This document shows, in pieces, positions 1-12,914 of a stretch of DNA of 64,000 nucleotides. The position numbers and the translations under genes were made by a program. Source of the stretch: Octopus sinensis (taxonomy: Eukaryota); the NCBI RefSeq assembly GCF_006345805.1, contig NC_043016.1, forward strand, positions 30,380,001 to 30,444,000. The letters are read 5' to 3'. The notes beneath the pieces were generated by a model, which saw nothing but the letters and a program-made list of their open reading frames with translations, did no database searches and was not told where the DNA came from. Each line of letters begins with the position of its first letter. The stretch's first letter is position 1.

Positions 1-767
1 ACAAAATAAAAGTTATGGAAAAAGAAAAATCAATATTTCTCTATTTTACATCAACTTGGAGCAGCAGAGAAGCAAATAGCAAAAGAATGAAAAAAAAAAG
101 TAACATAAGGGAGAGCAATATGGAACAGGAACATTAGATTAATATTGGAACTGATCAATATAGATCAGATCAATATGTTAGTCTTTCATATGCTACGCTT
201 TTGTACATTACTAATATGTGATACAGTTCTGTGTTCTACCTTATTCTGTTCTCTGCTACCATTCTATATGATTGTTCTATGTTACTGTTTTATAACTGCT
301 CTATTCTATATTGATCTAGAAAAGTAATGCAGACCGATAATAAAAACCATATTAATATAAAACAAAACAACATCGAACAGAATGCTGCAGAAGAGCAACA
401 TAGAGCAGAGAAACATACAATAGTAACACAGGTAATCATCATCATTGCTATCATCATTTTAATGTCCATGTTTCAATGCATGCATACGCTGGACAATGTT
501 TACTGAGGTAGATTTTTCTATGGGCCAGGAGCCTTTCCTGTCACCTACCCTCACAGGTTTCCAAGTAAGACAATATTTTCACTTTGGCCAGACATGCTTA
601 CGCAGAATACCAGAAATAAATGACACTGCTTGCATGACAGAGACACTCATTTACAACTAAAACATGATGTCAAAACTAGGGGATGCACACACACACTTGC
701 ATGTGTGTATGTGTGTGTGAGAGAGTGCATGGCTTAATGGTTAGGCTGTTGCACTCAAGATTGCAAG

Positions 768-2108
768 ATCATCATCATCATCATTTAACGTCCACTTTCC
801 ATGTTGGCATGGGTTGGACAATTTGACTGAGGACTGATGAACCAGATGGCTGCACCAGGCTCCAATCTGATCTGGCAGTTTCTACAGCTGGATACCCCTC
901 CTAACACCAACCACTCTGAGAGTGTAGTGGGTGGTTTTATGTGCCACTGGCACGAGGGCCAGTCATGCGGTACTGGTAACAGCCACACTCAGATGGTGTT
1001 TTTTACATGCCACCTGCCCAGAAGCCAGTCTAGCGGCACTGGCAACGACCTCACTCAAATAATTTTTTCACATGCCACCGGCACAAGTGCTAGTAAGGCT
1101 ATGTAGGTAACAATGACAATGGTACTTTTTACGTGCCACCAGCATGGAAGCCAGTCAGCTACTTTGGCAACGATCATGCTCGGATGGTGCTCTTAGCGCG
1201 CCACTCGCACGAATGTCAATCATGCAGTGCTGTCATCGAATTTGATTTTGATTTTGTTTTCACTTACCTCAACAGGTCTTCGCAAGCAGAGTTTAGTGTC
1301 CAATGAAGGAAAGGTACATGTAAATGGGCTGGTTACACCCCTGGCATAGGCCACGGGTTATGATCTCACTTGGCTTGCCAGGTCTTCTCAAGCGAAGCAT
1401 ATTTCCAAAGGTCTCGGTCACTAGTCATTGCCTCGGTGAGGCCTAATGTTCGAAGGTCGTGCTTCACCACCTCATCACAGGTTTTCCTGGGTTTACCTCT
1501 TCCACAGGTTCCCTCAACCACTAGGGTGTGGCACTTTTCCACACAGCTATCCTCATCAATTCTCACTACATGACCATACCAGCGCAGTCGTCTCTCTTGC
1601 ACACCACATCTGATGCTTCTTAGGTTCAACTTTTCTCTCAAGGTACTTACACTCTGTTGAGTATGCCCACTGACATTACACATCTAGTGGAGCATACTAG
1701 CTTTGTTCCTTGTGAGCTTATGCATGTCCTCAGCAGTCACGGCGATGTAGCATGGATGTTCGTACACATGCATCATACAGTCTACCTTTTACTCTGAGCG
1801 AGAGGCCCTTTGTCACCAGCAAAGGTAGGAGCTCTCTGAACTTTGCCCAGGCTATTCTTATTCTTGCAGCTATACTTTCAGAGCACCCATCCCTGCAACT
1901 GACTTGGTCACCTAGGTTATGGAAGCTATCAACTACTTCTAGTTTTTTTCCCTGGGATGTGGTAGAAGTTGTTCTCTGCACATTTTCAGTATTTATTGCT
2001 CCTGAACATCTGCCACATACAAAAACTATCTTCCCAGTTAGCCTTCCTTTGATATTGCTGTACCTCTTATGTGCCCATAGCTTACACTGGGTACATCTTA
2101 TAGACATG
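768..2108 (-). mobile_element. 5'-truncated RTE-clade LINE with 3' UTR and (GAT)n tail
   Basis: Frameshifted ORFs 1730-2167 and 1366-1683 carry RTE RT C-terminal motifs (RLRWYGHVVR, GRGKPRKT, IAWAKFRELLPLL); ends GGACGTTAAATGATGATG. Confidence 0.9.
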
Positions 2109-2592
2109 GAGCTGAGCAGCTCTCCAGCTGGCCAGTACCTATCAAGCCATCCAACCCATGCGAGCATGGAAAATGGATGTTAAATGAGGATGAAAATGAT
2201 GAATCGTCAAAAATACAATATCAGATATGGTCTGGAGTTCACCATAGTAACAGTGGCCAGCAAAGCCAACCCTACTTTGAACAATAACAGTAGTGATTTA
2301 AGATAATTTTGTTGTTATTTCTAGTAGGTTGAGCAACCATACAGAGACTCCATTGCTAGAATGGAACCTAAGTTCAAGAACTCAGTTCAAAGGAAGGTGA
2401 GTGTGATTCCATAATGTCTACATATTGTTAATGTAAGGGATTAATGTTTATAAAATACTCAATTAAACAATTAACTTTCCATTCGTTAAAGTTTCAGTTT
2501 AATGAATATCATTTTTAAAATTGGAAAATGTCACCTTTTGAGAATTTTTAAGAACTAAGAAATGTTAAAGTTGTTTTTTTTTTATAACTTAC

Positions 2593-2782
2593 GCTGAAGA
2601 AGCTTCATAAACTTGTCTATAGACGTGTGGAATTTGGTCATCATCCAAATAACACCATGAAGGAAGTGTCTGGAATGGTCCCATTGGATACTGAGAAACT
2701 GTTGGTGTTGTACTTCCACTATCTGGTGTTGTACACTGAGGTTGCATGTTGGAACTAACATCTGGTGTTACAGGTGGCTGAT
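2593..2782 (-). CDS. SYNRG: Synergin gamma exon leading into the EH domain (LPSWCYLDDDQIPHVYRQVYEASS)
   Basis: Acceptor ttttacttgtatttgcag, donor GC|gtaagt; 190 nt, phase 1 to 2. Matches human MPPWIYNESLVPDAYKKILE (recalled). Later exons lie beyond the window start. Confidence 0.92.
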
Positions 2783-3026
2783 CTGCAAATACAAGTAAAA
2801 ACTAACAAAATGAAACATTTAACTGAATAATTTATATGAAATTTTAACCAAAGAAGGTAATTTCAATTAAACTTTCTTCATTTAACAATATCAGAATTAT
2901 AAAACCATGATATGGGGAGAAAAAACAGAAAAATTTTCCAAACTTGAAATCAGTTTAAACCTGCATAAAAAAAAAAACAAACCAAACCACAAAAAATATA
3001 AATTGAGAAAAATAACCATGACCTAC

Positions 3027-3224
3027 CTTCTACTTTAAAGAGGCCTGACAAACTTTCATCGCCGTCTTGCCACTTACGAGATCGCTCACTGCTTGTATAT
3101 GAGGCACTCCTCGAGGTTGTAACATTGGTTAGGTTTGTTTCCCTCAAAGTCTTTTTGTTCTGGAATGTTTTGGCTTTCTGAGAAACATTTAGGTCAGAAT
3201 ACTGTAACATCATCGCCATTAAAT
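3027..3224 (-). CDS. SYNRG: Synergin gamma exon (DLMAMMLQYSDLNVSQKAK...LFKVE)
   Basis: Acceptor tttttcag, donor AAG|gtaggt; 198 nt, phase 1 to 1, no stops. Confidence 0.88.
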
Positions 3225-3639
3225 CTGAAAAATTAATCAGCAAAATTATTGTGAGTATTTGTTTGTGAGTATTTTGAGTTCATCATTATTAATATGACTG
3301 ATAATGTGGCAAGCTGGCAAAATTGTTAGAAAACTGGAAAAAATCCTTAGTGATATCCATCCCAGGTCTTTTACATTCCAAGTTCAAATCCCAGGCGAGA
3401 TAAGCTTCGCATTTCATTCCTCAGGGATCAATAAAATAAAGTACCAGTCAAATACTGACATTATTGCAATCAACAATTAACTTCCCCTTCCCCTCAAGAG
3501 TGCTGGCTTTGTACAAACATTTGAAACCATTATTATTACAATCCATATTAATACTGTGGCTGAATGAATTTTTGCTAAAAACTCTTTCCAGAGTTATCTC
3601 CAAATGCAACTGAATCTTTCAGGAGTAAAAACCGAATTT

Positions 3640-3832
3640 CTTCTTCTTCCATGCAGTGCCACATAAAAGCAGGTGTACCGTACCATGTAAAAGCACCCAG
3701 CACACACTGTAAAGTGGCTGGCTTTTGGAAGGGCAAATCAGAAAGGAGTCTGGTGCATCCCACCAGCTTGCCAGCTCTGATCACACCATCGAACCCATGC
3801 CAGCATGGACAACACACGTTAAATGATGATGA
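3640..3832 (+). mobile_element. RTE 3'-tail fragment; similar copies at about 2110-2200, 5250-5510, 20440-20820, 26070-26270, 30410-30480(-), 30790-30960(-), 59030-59200, 59960-60130, 60370-60980
   Basis: Shared AAAAGCACC...CCAACCCATGCCAGCATGGA...GTTAAATGATGATG motif. Confidence 0.8.
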
Positions 3833-4686
3833 ACTGAGCCTTTCAGTTTCCACCCGCAAAATCTAAAATCTACTCAGAGGGCTTTGGTTGGACTGAAACT
3901 ATATCGGCAGACACTTGTCCAAGGTGCCACACAGTGAGACTGAACCCAAATAATTTCTAATGAGTAGTGCTGCAGATAACTTAGTCAAGATATTACATAA
4001 TTCAGCAACCAACTGCATTTAAAATGAATTCAAATCAGACTGGAGCCATTTTACTTATACTTGGCATTTGGAAAGGATAAGTACTAGTAATATACTAGGG
4101 CTATAAGTGAAATAAAGTAGACAGACACTGTATAGGAGCCCATCAGGTGGATCACATACACCAAGTAACACCAATTGGTGCCCATTGGCATGTGATATAC
4201 ATCTTTAAGGGCGATTACTTTAAGTTAGTTTTTAGTTTCTTTACATTGCAAAACTCACAGCTGCCAAACTTGTGTGATCTATATGCATATTTTAAATATT
4301 ATATTGTTTATTCATGATTTCTTATTTACTTAGATATAAATGGTTTTATTATTATTAAAATAATAAGAATTTTGAAAAAATCCATTTATAATGCTATGTA
4401 CTAAAGTATTTATTGTAAAAAGTCTTTAGCCAACAACTTGAGGGTTTTTAGAGATTGAAAAGTAAACTAAAAAGTAACCTAAAGTAATCGTCCTTTAAGT
4501 TGTAGATCACACGTCTACTACCTAATAATTACGTCAAGGATACACATGGAATGCTCAGCCAATTAAATGATAATTCAAGGGCAGATAATTCAGTTACTGG
4601 AACAACTGAATCCTTATCAAACAACAGAAATCCACACATTCTTTTAATAATGCATCAATAAAACAATGCTGTTCTACTGTTTTTAC

Positions 4687-4854
4687 CTTTGGTTTCTTCT
4701 TCTTCTTCTTCATTGGCAGGGGGAGGAGCTTTAGCTGGATTATTTTCTGATGAAGATGAAGAAAAGCCTAAAGAACCCATCCAAGATTTCTCAGACTGTT
4801 CAGAACTTGGTCCTTGCATAAAGTCTCCAAAACTATCAGGATCACTGTCAATTG
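4687..4854 (-). CDS. SYNRG: Synergin gamma exon with gamma-adaptin-ear binding motif (DSDPDSFGDFMQG)
   Basis: Acceptor ttttatttcag, donor AAG|gtaaaa; 168 nt, phase 1 to 1. The acidic FGDF motif is typical of AP-1 accessory proteins. Confidence 0.9.
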
Positions 4855-6393
4855 CTGAAATAAAATAAAATAAAATAAAACTACAAGAAAAGGGTTCATT
4901 AAGGTGAAAATAGATACTAAGGTTGATAACATTAATTACTGCAGCTACTTTTATCATCAACATCATTACTAATAATTCTTTCTAATTTTTTTATTGACCC
5001 CTGAAAGCCAAGCTGCAGTTAGAACTCAGAGTGCAGAGAATTGAAACAAATACTGTTAAGCAGTTTGCATGATGTTCTAACAACTTTGCCAATTAACCAT
5101 GTATGTTATCATCATTTTAATATGCACTTTTCTACGCATACTTGGATTGTAGGACAACCTGCTGTGCTTACATTGGATTGTAGGGCGACCTGCTGTGCTT
5201 GAGGAGACCTATAGAGTCAAGTACATCAACATCAAAATAAAAATCAAATGGAAATTGCAGTTGTGATACCCATGCCAGTGGCATGTAAAAAGCACCATCC
5301 GAATGTGGCCAGTGCCAGCACTGCCTTGACTGGCTTCTGTGCCGGTAGCATGTAAAAAGCAGCCACTACACTCACGGAGTGGTTAGCATTAGGAAGGGCA
5401 TTCCAGCTGTAGAAACACTGCCTCCTGGCTTCCCAGACCCCAGTCAAACCGTCCAACCCATGCTAGCATGGAAAATGGACAATAAATGATGATGATGATG
5501 ATGATGACATGCATCACATATTTAGTTTATTGAGGTAGATCTGCTACAGCAGGATACCCTTCCTGTCACCAACCCTCACCTACAAATGAGGAAATATTTC
5601 CCCCATAGCCAGGCATGTTTATACAGCATATCAGAAAAGAACAACACAACATGTATGATAGTGACACTCGTTTACAACTATCATGTGGGTTATCAAGACA
5701 AGCAGACTCAAAGATATACATATAGTTACATATCATCACACCCATCATAGATCCAACAGGTTTCTTTCAGTTTCCATCTAACAAATCCATTTACTAAGCT
5801 TTAGTCAGCCTTAGACTAGAGTAGAAAACGTGCTTAAGGTGCCACTTGGTGGGGACCAAACTCAAAACCATATGGCTGGGAAGCAAACTAACCCATAAAA
5901 CCATGCCTACACACACACACGACAAGCTTCTTTCAGTTTCTGTCTCTCAAATCCTGTCACAAAGCTTTTGGTAAACCTTGGACTATAGTAGAAGATACTT
6001 GCCCAAAATGCCATGCAGGGATACTGAACCTGGAACCATGTGGTTGGGAAGCACGCTTCTTACCATACAGTTATGCCTGCACCTATGAAACTATGCTTGT
6101 ACCTATAATTAGGTACAATACAGTAAATTGTTCCTAACACTAACAAGGTAAACTCAAACTTGGAATGTATTATTATCTGCAAGAAATAATCCAAACAAGA
6201 TATGACAGCAATAAAATACAAATGTAGCTGTCACAAGGAAAGGAAAACATACTAGAGTTTCAAAACTGAAGCCTTTATCAATAAAGAACCTATCACTGTT
6301 ATTCCTTTCCTCAATGCAGCTACAATTTCATAGCATTTACTATATCAGTATCTCTAACAGAAGGCAGTGAAATGTACAGAGGAATCTACAAAC

Positions 6394-6686
6394 CTGTTGT
6401 CGTTGTCGTATTAGTAGTTGTAACAGTTTGAGATGTTTGTGGAATGTGAACTTTAGGTTTTGATTTTGGAACTTTACCAAACATGGACTCAATCATGCGA
6501 TCGGGATCAGAAGATACCACGCCTAATCGACCAAATAGTTTCAGTTTCATTTGTTGTTCGTGAAAATGCTTCCCTTTTCTTTGGTCTTCAACAATGTGAG
6601 CATTGACAGGAACACCAGCTATCATTTGACCAGGGACTACACCGTGGACAATACCAGGAACCATTGTTGCATGAAACTGTTGGTTG
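6394..6686 (-). CDS. SYNRG: Synergin gamma exon with coiled-coil segment (IVEDQRKGKHFHEQQMKLKLFG)
   Basis: Acceptor ttatttgtcatcag, donor CAG|gtttgt; 293 nt, phase 2 to 1. Resembles human SYNRG LLEEERKRRQFEEQKQKLRLL (recalled). Confidence 0.9.
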
Positions 6687-8338
6687 CTGATGACAAATAA
6701 AAATATATAAATAAATAAAATGTTAAAAATAAAATGTACTACTAAATTTTTTCACCAATATTACCAATAAATCTAATTCTTCTACGACACCAAAAAAAAA
6801 CACAAAAAATCTGAGCATGAGTCACATGAGTAATATTCTTTCCAATTTTAGCACAAGGCCATCAATTTTGAGAAGAGACAATCAATTGACCCCAGTGCTC
6901 AATTGGTACTTCATTTTTTGATTCCGAAAGAATCAAACTCTGCAGAACTTGAGCTCAGAATGTAAAGATCAAATAAATGCCACAAAGCATTTTGTCCAGT
7001 ATTTTGACAATTCAGCTAGCATACCAACTTAATAATAATAATGACAATAAGAATAATTATTTCTACACTAGGCACAAGGCCTTGAAAATTTTGGGGGGAA
7101 GTGGGATAATCGATTACATCTACCCCAGTGTGTAACTGGTACTTGTTTCATTGAACCCGAAAGGATGTAAGGCAAAGTCAACATCTGCAGAATTTGAACT
7201 CAAAACGTAGCAGCAGATGAAATGCCAGTAAGTATTTTGCCCGTTGTACTAATGATTCTGCCACCTTGCTACCTTAATAATAATAATAATTACTGCCCAT
7301 GTGTTTTAATTTAACCTTAAAAAAAAAAAAAAATGAACGAACTATTGAGTTTGGTTTAATGGCCTACCAATGTATACTATGAGTTTCTTTGCCCTAGGAG
7401 TCGGGAAGACGCTCGGCAAGAAATGGAAGCAAATTTGAAAGAAGAAGAAAAAAAAACAATAATAATAATAATGGTTTCAAATTTTACCACAAGAGCAGCC
7501 ATTTTAGGGGAGCGGATAAGTTGATTACATCAATTCCAGTGCTCAACTGGTAATTATTTTATTGACCCCCAAAAAGGCAAGGTCAACCACAGTGGAATTT
7601 GAACTCAGAACATAAAGACAGGCAAAATGCCACTAAGCATTATGCCCGGTGTGCTAACAATTCTGCCAGCTTGCTGCCTTAATAATGATAATTTCTTTTT
7701 ATTTATGCGCCCTTTTCAAGCCTAGCCAGGCTCATGGGCCCAGTTTCTCGGTTTCTATGACGTATTTATTCCCCACAGTGTCACTCAAGAAACAGGAAGA
7801 AAGAGTGAGAGAAAGGTGGGGCAAAAGAGTATAACAGGGGTCACCACCACCCCCTGCCAGAACCTCATGGAGCTTTAGGTGTTTTCGCTTAATAAACACA
7901 CACAATGCCCAGTCCGGGAATCAAAACTGTGATCCTTCGACCTTGAGTCCACTGCCCTAACCACTGGGCCATTGCGCCTCCACTTAATGATGATGATAAT
8001 AATAATAAATAATCTCTTGTACAATAGACACAAGATTTGAAATTTTGAGGGTGAGTGCTTGTTGGTTGCATTGATCCCAGTGCTCAGCTGGTACTTATTA
8101 ATGCAAAAGGATGAAAGACAAAGTTGACCACAGTGGAATTTGACTTAACCTTTCATCCTTTCAAGGATTTAGTTTAACAATGAAAGTATTAATTAATTGA
8201 TTAAATCCCTTTGAGATTTGATTATTGTTTTCAAACCACAGACAAAGTGTTTCATTAGAAGCAAATTCATGCAAGGGTTAAATTTAAAAAAAAAAAAAAA
8301 AATTTAATTAAAATTAAAAAATGTAATGGAAAACTTAC

Positions 8339-8454
8339 GCTTGTTGAGCATGGAAACTCTGAGCCATTTGTGGTGTGTATGGTGGCGGAGGAGGAATGTT
8401 GCCAGCGCTCATCATCGTAGTAGGGATAGCCATAGGTGTGGCTATGTATGTTCC
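8339..8454 (-). CDS. SYNRG: Synergin gamma exon (GTYIATPMAIPTTMMSAGNIPPPPPYTPQMAQSFHAQQA)
   Basis: Acceptor tcttgtaaactatag, donor GC|gtaagt; 116 nt, phase 0 to 2. PPPYTPQM recalls the PGPQYTPDM segment of human SYNRG. Confidence 0.88.
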
Positions 8455-8629
8455 CTATAGTTTACAAGATAAAATTCTGATAAACACTAAAACAAAGGTA
8501 AGAGCATAAAAAAACTTCCTACATGTGTTTATGTGTTACATAATGCATCGTTGTTTGCTTGGAAAATATATCAGATGATGTAATTTTTCTGATAAGATTA
8601 GATGTTGTGATTATAAAATATTATATGTA

Positions 8630-9050
8630 ATTTCTCAGGCAATACTGCATGTTGAGATTTCTGAGGTACTACTATGTTTAGATTTCTCTTGTAATACTAC
8701 ATGTCATTTCTCTGTACAGTATGTGAATTCTATGGTGATGTATGTGCTTTCTATGGAATATTATGTGCAGTTTTTCTGGTAGAGCCACTTGTTGGGAGTT
8801 GTCTGATAACACTACATGTTGAAATTTCTTTGGTAATACTACATGTAGGTATTTCTAAAGTCATGCTACATGTGATTTCCATCGGAATTCTGCCAGTTGT
8901 TTCTCTTCTAATACATGTAGTGATTTCACTGGTAACACCATGTTATTTCTGGTGATAACTACATGTTATATTTCTGTGGAATTACTACATTTGAGTTATC
9001 CAGTCATACTACATGTGATTTCTATGGTAATAATGCATGATGCGATATCT
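8630..9050. repeat. Degenerate tandem array with a roughly 25-27-bp unit in a SYNRG intron
   Basis: Recurring (TAA)TACTACATGT..ATTTCT motif. Confidence 0.7.
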
Positions 9051-10588
9051 CCGACTTAGAATAGTCAAAATCATTAACAATCCATTCTAACTATTATAAT
9101 TATTAAAAAGCCATTCTGATACAACAGTGTGTCATCCGCAATAATTCTTATAATTGAAAAATATTTCTCTACTGCTTGTGGTAATTGTGGAATTTGCTGT
9201 ATTAACTTTTTAACTAATTAATCTGTGAAACAATGAAGTATGACATTTGCTAAAATAGAAAATATCTCTCTTACTGTAGGAGACAAAATTAATAGAAGTG
9301 AGGGGTATTCTCTTTAACAATGATTGTTAATTACCTACAGTAAATAACTTGTCTACATTTCTAGCAATAAATGACAGAAGATTTAGAGGATAAATACTCT
9401 GGACATGTAACTTGATCCCCTAGCATTTAAACTGATTGACTATATCCAGCCCAAATATTCTACCTGTTTTAGCTTTAAACTGTCCAAATCCGGCCTCTTA
9501 CACCTACTCTACAATGTCATTCTAAAAATAAACAATTACATCATCAAAATCTCAAAACTGAGATAATGCTTCATTCATTCAAAACAATGTGAATAAATAA
9601 GTATTACATTTGAGAGCAGAGTAATTTGAATGTTGAAGTGTTAAGCCAGCCATATCTAGCCCAAATATTATACCTTTTTTTATGTTCAAACTGGCTAGAA
9701 CCAGCCCCTCATACCTACCCTACAATGTCATTCTAAAAATAAACAATCACATCATTAAAATCTCAAAGCTATGAAAAATAATGTATGATTAATTCAAAAC
9801 AATGTGAATAATTAAACATTACATTTGACAGAGTAATCTGAATGCTAAAGGGTCAAAACAATGATAAATTTGAATGATAAAGGGTCAAGATATTTAAATA
9901 AGAAGCTGAAGAATGATTAGAAGTATTTTACAATTATTTCCCCCCACAGAAAAAAAAAAAAAGAACACATTTTTGTATTTATATGAATTTGATATAAAAT
10001 ATTTAAAACAAATTACATCTTTAAAAGAGGAAAAGGAGGGAAGTAACATGAATGGAAACAAAATTTGGAAGCAAAAAAAATAAATAATAAAAAAACAAGG
10101 ACAAGAAGGGAACAATGAATTGTAAACATAAAAGGGTATCACAGGGGCCTTGGAAAAACATGTCATTCAAAAATTAGTGATACTACTACTGATAATAATA
10201 ATGGTCTCCAATTTTGGCACTTCGTCAGCAATTACAGAGGGAATAAGTTGATTATATCAAATCCCAGTGTTCAAGCAGTACTTATTTTATCAACCCTGAA
10301 AGGATGAAAGGCAAAGTTGACCTTGGTGGAATTTGAACTCAGAACGTGAAGTCAGAAGAAATGTCGCTAAGTGTTTTGTCTAGCATACTCTTTTACTTGT
10401 TTCAGTCATTTGACTGTGGCCATGCTAGAACACCGCCTTTAGTTGAGCAAATCGACCCCAGGACTTATTCTTTGTAAGCCTAGTACTTATGCTATCAGTT
10501 TCTTTTGCCGAACCACTAAGTGACGGGCACATAAACACACCAGCATCGGTTGTCAAGTGATGTTGGAGGGACAAACACAGACACAGAT

Positions 10589-10639
<51 letters not shown>

Positions 10640-11530
10640 TATACGACGGGCTTCTTTCAGTTTCCGTCTACCAAATCCACTCACAAGCCTTTGGTCGACC
10701 TGAGGCCAAAAGTGACACACAGTGGGACGGAACCCGGAACCATGTGGTTGGTAAGCAAGCTACTTACCACACAGCTACTCCTGCATCTCATGCTAACAAT
10801 TCTACAAGATTGCTACCTTAGTATATATTAATGGTGCCTTAAATTCAATAGCTTTTTATTTATTTTTTTATCGTCAATAATTACACCACAGTTACATCTC
10901 ATTGTAAATTATTTAATTATTTATCATCAAATATTTTAATATCTGATTCAGTGGATTTTACTCTCATATTACAGACCCATATTTTTGTTTTTTTTATTTT
11001 GTTTCCCAATGAAACTTTTTTGAGGTAAGTTCATTTTATTATATTTGTTCATTTTTTATCATTTATTTGTTTGTCATTAGACTGTGGCCAAGCTGGAGTA
11101 CTGTCATGAAGAATTTTTAGTCGGATGTATTGACCTAAGTATTTATTTTTGCTTAACCGCTAAGTTATAGGAACATAGACAAACCAACACCAGTTGCCAA
11201 GCAGTGTTGGGGGACAAACACAGAGACACACACACATACATATATGGTAGGCTTCTTTTAATTTCCATCTACCAGATTAGATTCACTCATAAAGCTTTGG
11301 TTGACTCAAGGCTATAGTAGAAGATACTCACTCAAGGTGCCATGCAGTGGGACTGAACCCAGAACCGGTGGTTGGGAAAAGTTCTTACTACACAGCTATT
11401 CATTAAAATTTTAAATACAGGAAGAATATGGATAAAAAGTGACAGGGATTATTAATTAAGTGTAAAATCAACCAAAGGAGGAATAAAATGGTAAGCAGAA
11501 GAAAAAAAAAACCAAACATAGATGAAATAC

Positions 11531-11566
11531 CTCTTCATTATCACTAGAATCATGAGCGTCATCAGA
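11531..11566 (-). CDS. SYNRG: Candidate 36-nt cassette exon (SDDAHDSSDNEE)
   Basis: tttattccttcatctaacag|TCTGATGAC...GAAGAG|gtattt; phase 0 to 0 in the same phase-0 intron. No homology support. Confidence 0.3.
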
Positions 11567-11990
11567 CTGTTAGATGAAGGAATAAAGAAATTTTATTTCA
11601 AATCAATTATTTACAATTGTGTTTCCAGAATCATAAAAGAAGACCCCTTAAGAAATTGTTATATTTTCAGAAAGAGAGAAAAAAAATACATACATATTTA
11701 AGATTATCTTTCTTGCTATCATCATCATCATCATCATCAATACTTTACTATCAATATGTTCATTCTGTTATTGTTTGAACAGGTCAGCAGGACAATCGAT
11801 TTTTTTTTTCCCCAAAAAAAAATTTTCATCTCAACCGATTGAGTTTGTTATTGATTAAGTTTGTTCAGCTGAATGTTCAAAAAATCTAATCCATCTCATA
11901 CAGATCCATTTAATTCATATATTTTTCCTGTCACCAACTTAGAATGCATCTATCATCAGTATGTGTCATCTATTCACAACACAATGCATG

Positions 11991-12022
<32 letters not shown>

Positions 12023-12649
12023 ACATCATGTGCATGTGTGTGATTGCCCTGAACTCTCAACACCTGATGACATGTGGCATGTTTTGGGTGTATAAATTTG
12101 GTATGATCTCATGCCTTTCCCAATCTAATTGCCACCAATTCTTTCTCAAGAGAGATAAGAATAGAGAAATGTCTTTCATGTTTCCAAACATGATAATATT
12201 TCCCCATGACTGGACATGCTTTCTGGGAAAACTAAAAAAAAAAAACATTGTATGATGACGACACACATTTACAACTGTCATACATTGTCAAGACAATGAG
12301 TCACACACACACACACACTCAGACAAGCTTTTTTCAGCTTTTCTACATGAAATCCCGTCACAAGGCTTTGATTGGCCTGGAGCTATGGTAGAAGACATTT
12401 GTCTAAGGTGCAGCCATAGAGTGGGACTGAACCTGGCACCATGTGATTGCGAAACAAACTTTGTAACCATACAGCCATGACTATCCTTAATCACTGGTAA
12501 AAGTAGCACATAATATGGCAACTATTATTACTTGAAGTGAGGTAAAGTAATGGGCTCAAAAGTAAATTTCCCATCTAGAAATTACATTCAAGCATAGTTC
12601 ACTCGAACCATATGAGGTCATATTAAATATCTTGTTTGTTCAACCTTAC

Positions 12650-12670
12650 CATTTGAAGAATTCCTTTTAC
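12650..12670 (-). CDS. SYNRG: Candidate 21-nt in-frame microexon (VKGILQM)
   Basis: ccatttcTGCtattacag|GTAAAAGGAATTCTTCAAATG|gtaagg; phase 0 to 0 inside a phase-0 intron; leaves a 95-nt upstream intron. Confidence 0.55.
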
Positions 12671-12765
12671 CTGTAATAGCAGAAATGGCTTGATAAGAAT
12701 CCACAGGACAGACAAATTAAAGACAAAAATATATATATATATATATATACTTAATGATTGTTTAC

Positions 12766-12914
12766 CTGGACAGGGTATATACCCTGGGCTATCATTGGAT
12801 TTCCAGCCAACATTCCAGGAGCCATCATTCCATATTGAGCACTACTGGCAGGAACAGGATAAAACTGGGCAGCCGCTGCAGATGCTGCGGGAGGCCCCTG
12901 TAGTGGATTAAACC
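12766..12914 (-). CDS. SYNRG: Synergin gamma exon (G/P/A/Q/M-rich N-terminus: FNPLQGPPAASAAAAQFYPVP...IYPVQ)
   Basis: Acceptor ctttcttcctttttag, donor CAG|gtaaac; 149 nt, phase 1 to 0; open frame continues into the next exon. Confidence 0.85.
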
